DNA from: a virus
Taxonomy: Duplodnaviria > Heunggongvirae > Uroviricota > Caudoviricetes
Strand: one strand, 5' to 3'
Length of the DNA: 6,777 bases
IMG/VR virus record: IMGVR_UViG_2526164595_000004
Below are positions 5,921 through 6,777 of this stretch, in pieces. Positions within the stretch are counted from its first letter, which is position 1. Each line of letters starts with the position of its first letter. The translations under genes and the position numbers were made by a program. The notes under the pieces are model-generated. The model saw nothing but the letters and a program-made list of their open reading frames with translations, had not been told where the DNA came from and made no database searches.

Positions 5921-6777
5921 TTACGTCTCACGTGGTGTTGTCTCCTCTTCCGGCCTGCGACTCTCCGCTATCTGCTGCTGATACGCCTGCGCTATCCACA
6001 CCGGACGTGAGAGTCCGGCTTTTTCCCGCTCTGCAGATTCCCTGACCTGCTGGCGGAAAATGTCCTGATAATCCTCGCCCATCAGCGCCAGCTCTTTCTC
6101 ATACGTGCTCAGTCCGGCCTCAATGCGCATCACTGATTCCTGAACCTCCTTGAGCCCGTCAATGGCCATTCTTCCGGCTCCAATCCACTCAGCCCGTGAC
6201 CAGGCTGATCGCGCCTGATAAAAATCAAACCGTGCCCGTGGCGGACGAATAATCCCCCGAAGAAGTGCCTCTTCCAGCCAGCAGGAAAACATCTGCGTGG
6301 CCAGCCGGGACGCAATAAATTTTCGCCGCCCCATAAAATAGCGCCACGACTCATTGGCGGATGCGCGGGCACTTGAGTAACTGACCTTCGAGTAATCACG
6401 GGACAACTGTTCGTAGGAAACGCCAAGACCGGCGGCGATATACCGCAGCAGCGCCTGTTCAAGCGCCGAAAATCCATTGTCTGAATCCTGCGCGGTCTGA
6501 AGTTTCAGATCATCACCGGGGAAAAGGTGCGGAATTTTGACACCGCCCAGCGTCACGCTATTCGTGTCATACCAGGTGGAGAACTTATCCAGAATATTAA
6601 TAAGCGGATTATCCTTCTGCCCTCGCGGCGCACCGGCGATATATTCAAAGGACCTCTTCGGTATCAAGGTCACTTTCTAATCGTCGCTGCATACATCGCC
6701 TTCTACTATGGCCGACTGAAGCTGTGTTGCCTGCAGGGAATCCAGCATCTTCAGCCGTTCCATAACGCTGTAAAACT
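5921..6777 (-). pseudogene. B: Portal protein gpB-like, 3' portion (5' end off-window); frame broken by three clustered +1 indels and an in-frame TAG at 6677-6679
   Basis: Same-frame translation upstream of the TAG (FYSVMERLKMLDSLQATQLQSAIV) and the 250-aa ORF downstream (..GG.K.PHL.PGD.L.LQTAQD.DNG.S..EQ.LLRYIAAGLGVSYEQLSR.Y...SYS.ARASANESW.YFMGRRKF.ASR...QMF.CWLEEA...AGRMAIDGLKEVQE.VM.IEAGLSTYEKE) match lambda gpB. Between them the conserved KAMYAATI and ESDLDTEEV segments are only readable in the other two frames. Confidence 0.85.

Larger units (their letters stand above)
4427..5931 (-). pseudogene. C: Prohead protease / scaffold gpC-like (S49/ClpP-type serine peptidase), frame interrupted by an apparent 1-nt deletion near 5540-5548 (pseudogene or sequencing indel)
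   Basis: N-terminal ORF 5506..5931 (GTG start; ..AFNEPLLLEPAYARVFFCAL...GIAVLPV.GTLV.R......SGMTGY.GI.A.LQQA..D..V.GILLD.D.P) and ORF 4427..5509 (..KPVWAL.ND..CSA..LLASA.SRRLVTQT.R.GSIGVMM.H...G.....GV.ITLIY.G.HKVDGN) are collinear with lambda gpC but in different frames. Restoring one G in the run read on the minus strand as agtccgGcgggcag gives the continuous, lambda-like ...DIDSPGGQAAGAFDCADMIYRLR... Confidence 0.85.

Noticed and set aside
5921-6673. Treating the 250-aa ORF starting at GTG 6673 as an independent small portal-like gene.
   Set aside because: Portal homology continues in-frame upstream of the TAG at 6677-6679 to the window edge, and through two other frames in between. The ORF is the 3' remnant of a longer disrupted portal gene, not a discrete gene.
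1-6777. Cargo or moron gene, defence system, CRISPR array, tRNA, integrase, att site, cos site or IS element.
   Set aside because: No intergenic gap exceeds about 60 nt. Every substantial ORF on the coding strand is accounted for by a lambda morphogenesis homologue, and no direct-repeat/spacer architecture or tRNA-like structure was seen. The cos/terminase region would lie beyond the high-coordinate edge.

Overview
The whole window is one contiguous, minus-strand block of lambda-like (lambdoid siphovirus) morphogenesis genes, almost certainly part of an enterobacterial prophage or phage genome. Reading the minus strand from high to low coordinates, the order is portal (B, 5' end off-window) > prohead protease/scaffold (C with nested Nu3) > decoration protein (D) > major capsid (E) > FI > FII > Z > U > major tail protein (V) > tail assembly chaperone (G) > start of the T frame. 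Assignments rest on my reading of the supplied ORF translations against lambda protein sequences recalled from memory; no database search was run. Genes are tightly packed with Shine-Dalgarno motifs and short overlaps, as expected for the lambda late operon. I found no tRNA, CRISPR array, insertion sequence, cargo or defence gene, and no novel system; all plus-strand ORFs look like antisense artefacts. The notable observations are that three head genes (portal, protease, major capsid) are frame-disrupted by single-base indels while the head-completion and tail genes look intact, that the scaffold region carries a triplicated repeat, and that the G/GT slippery heptamer is conserved.
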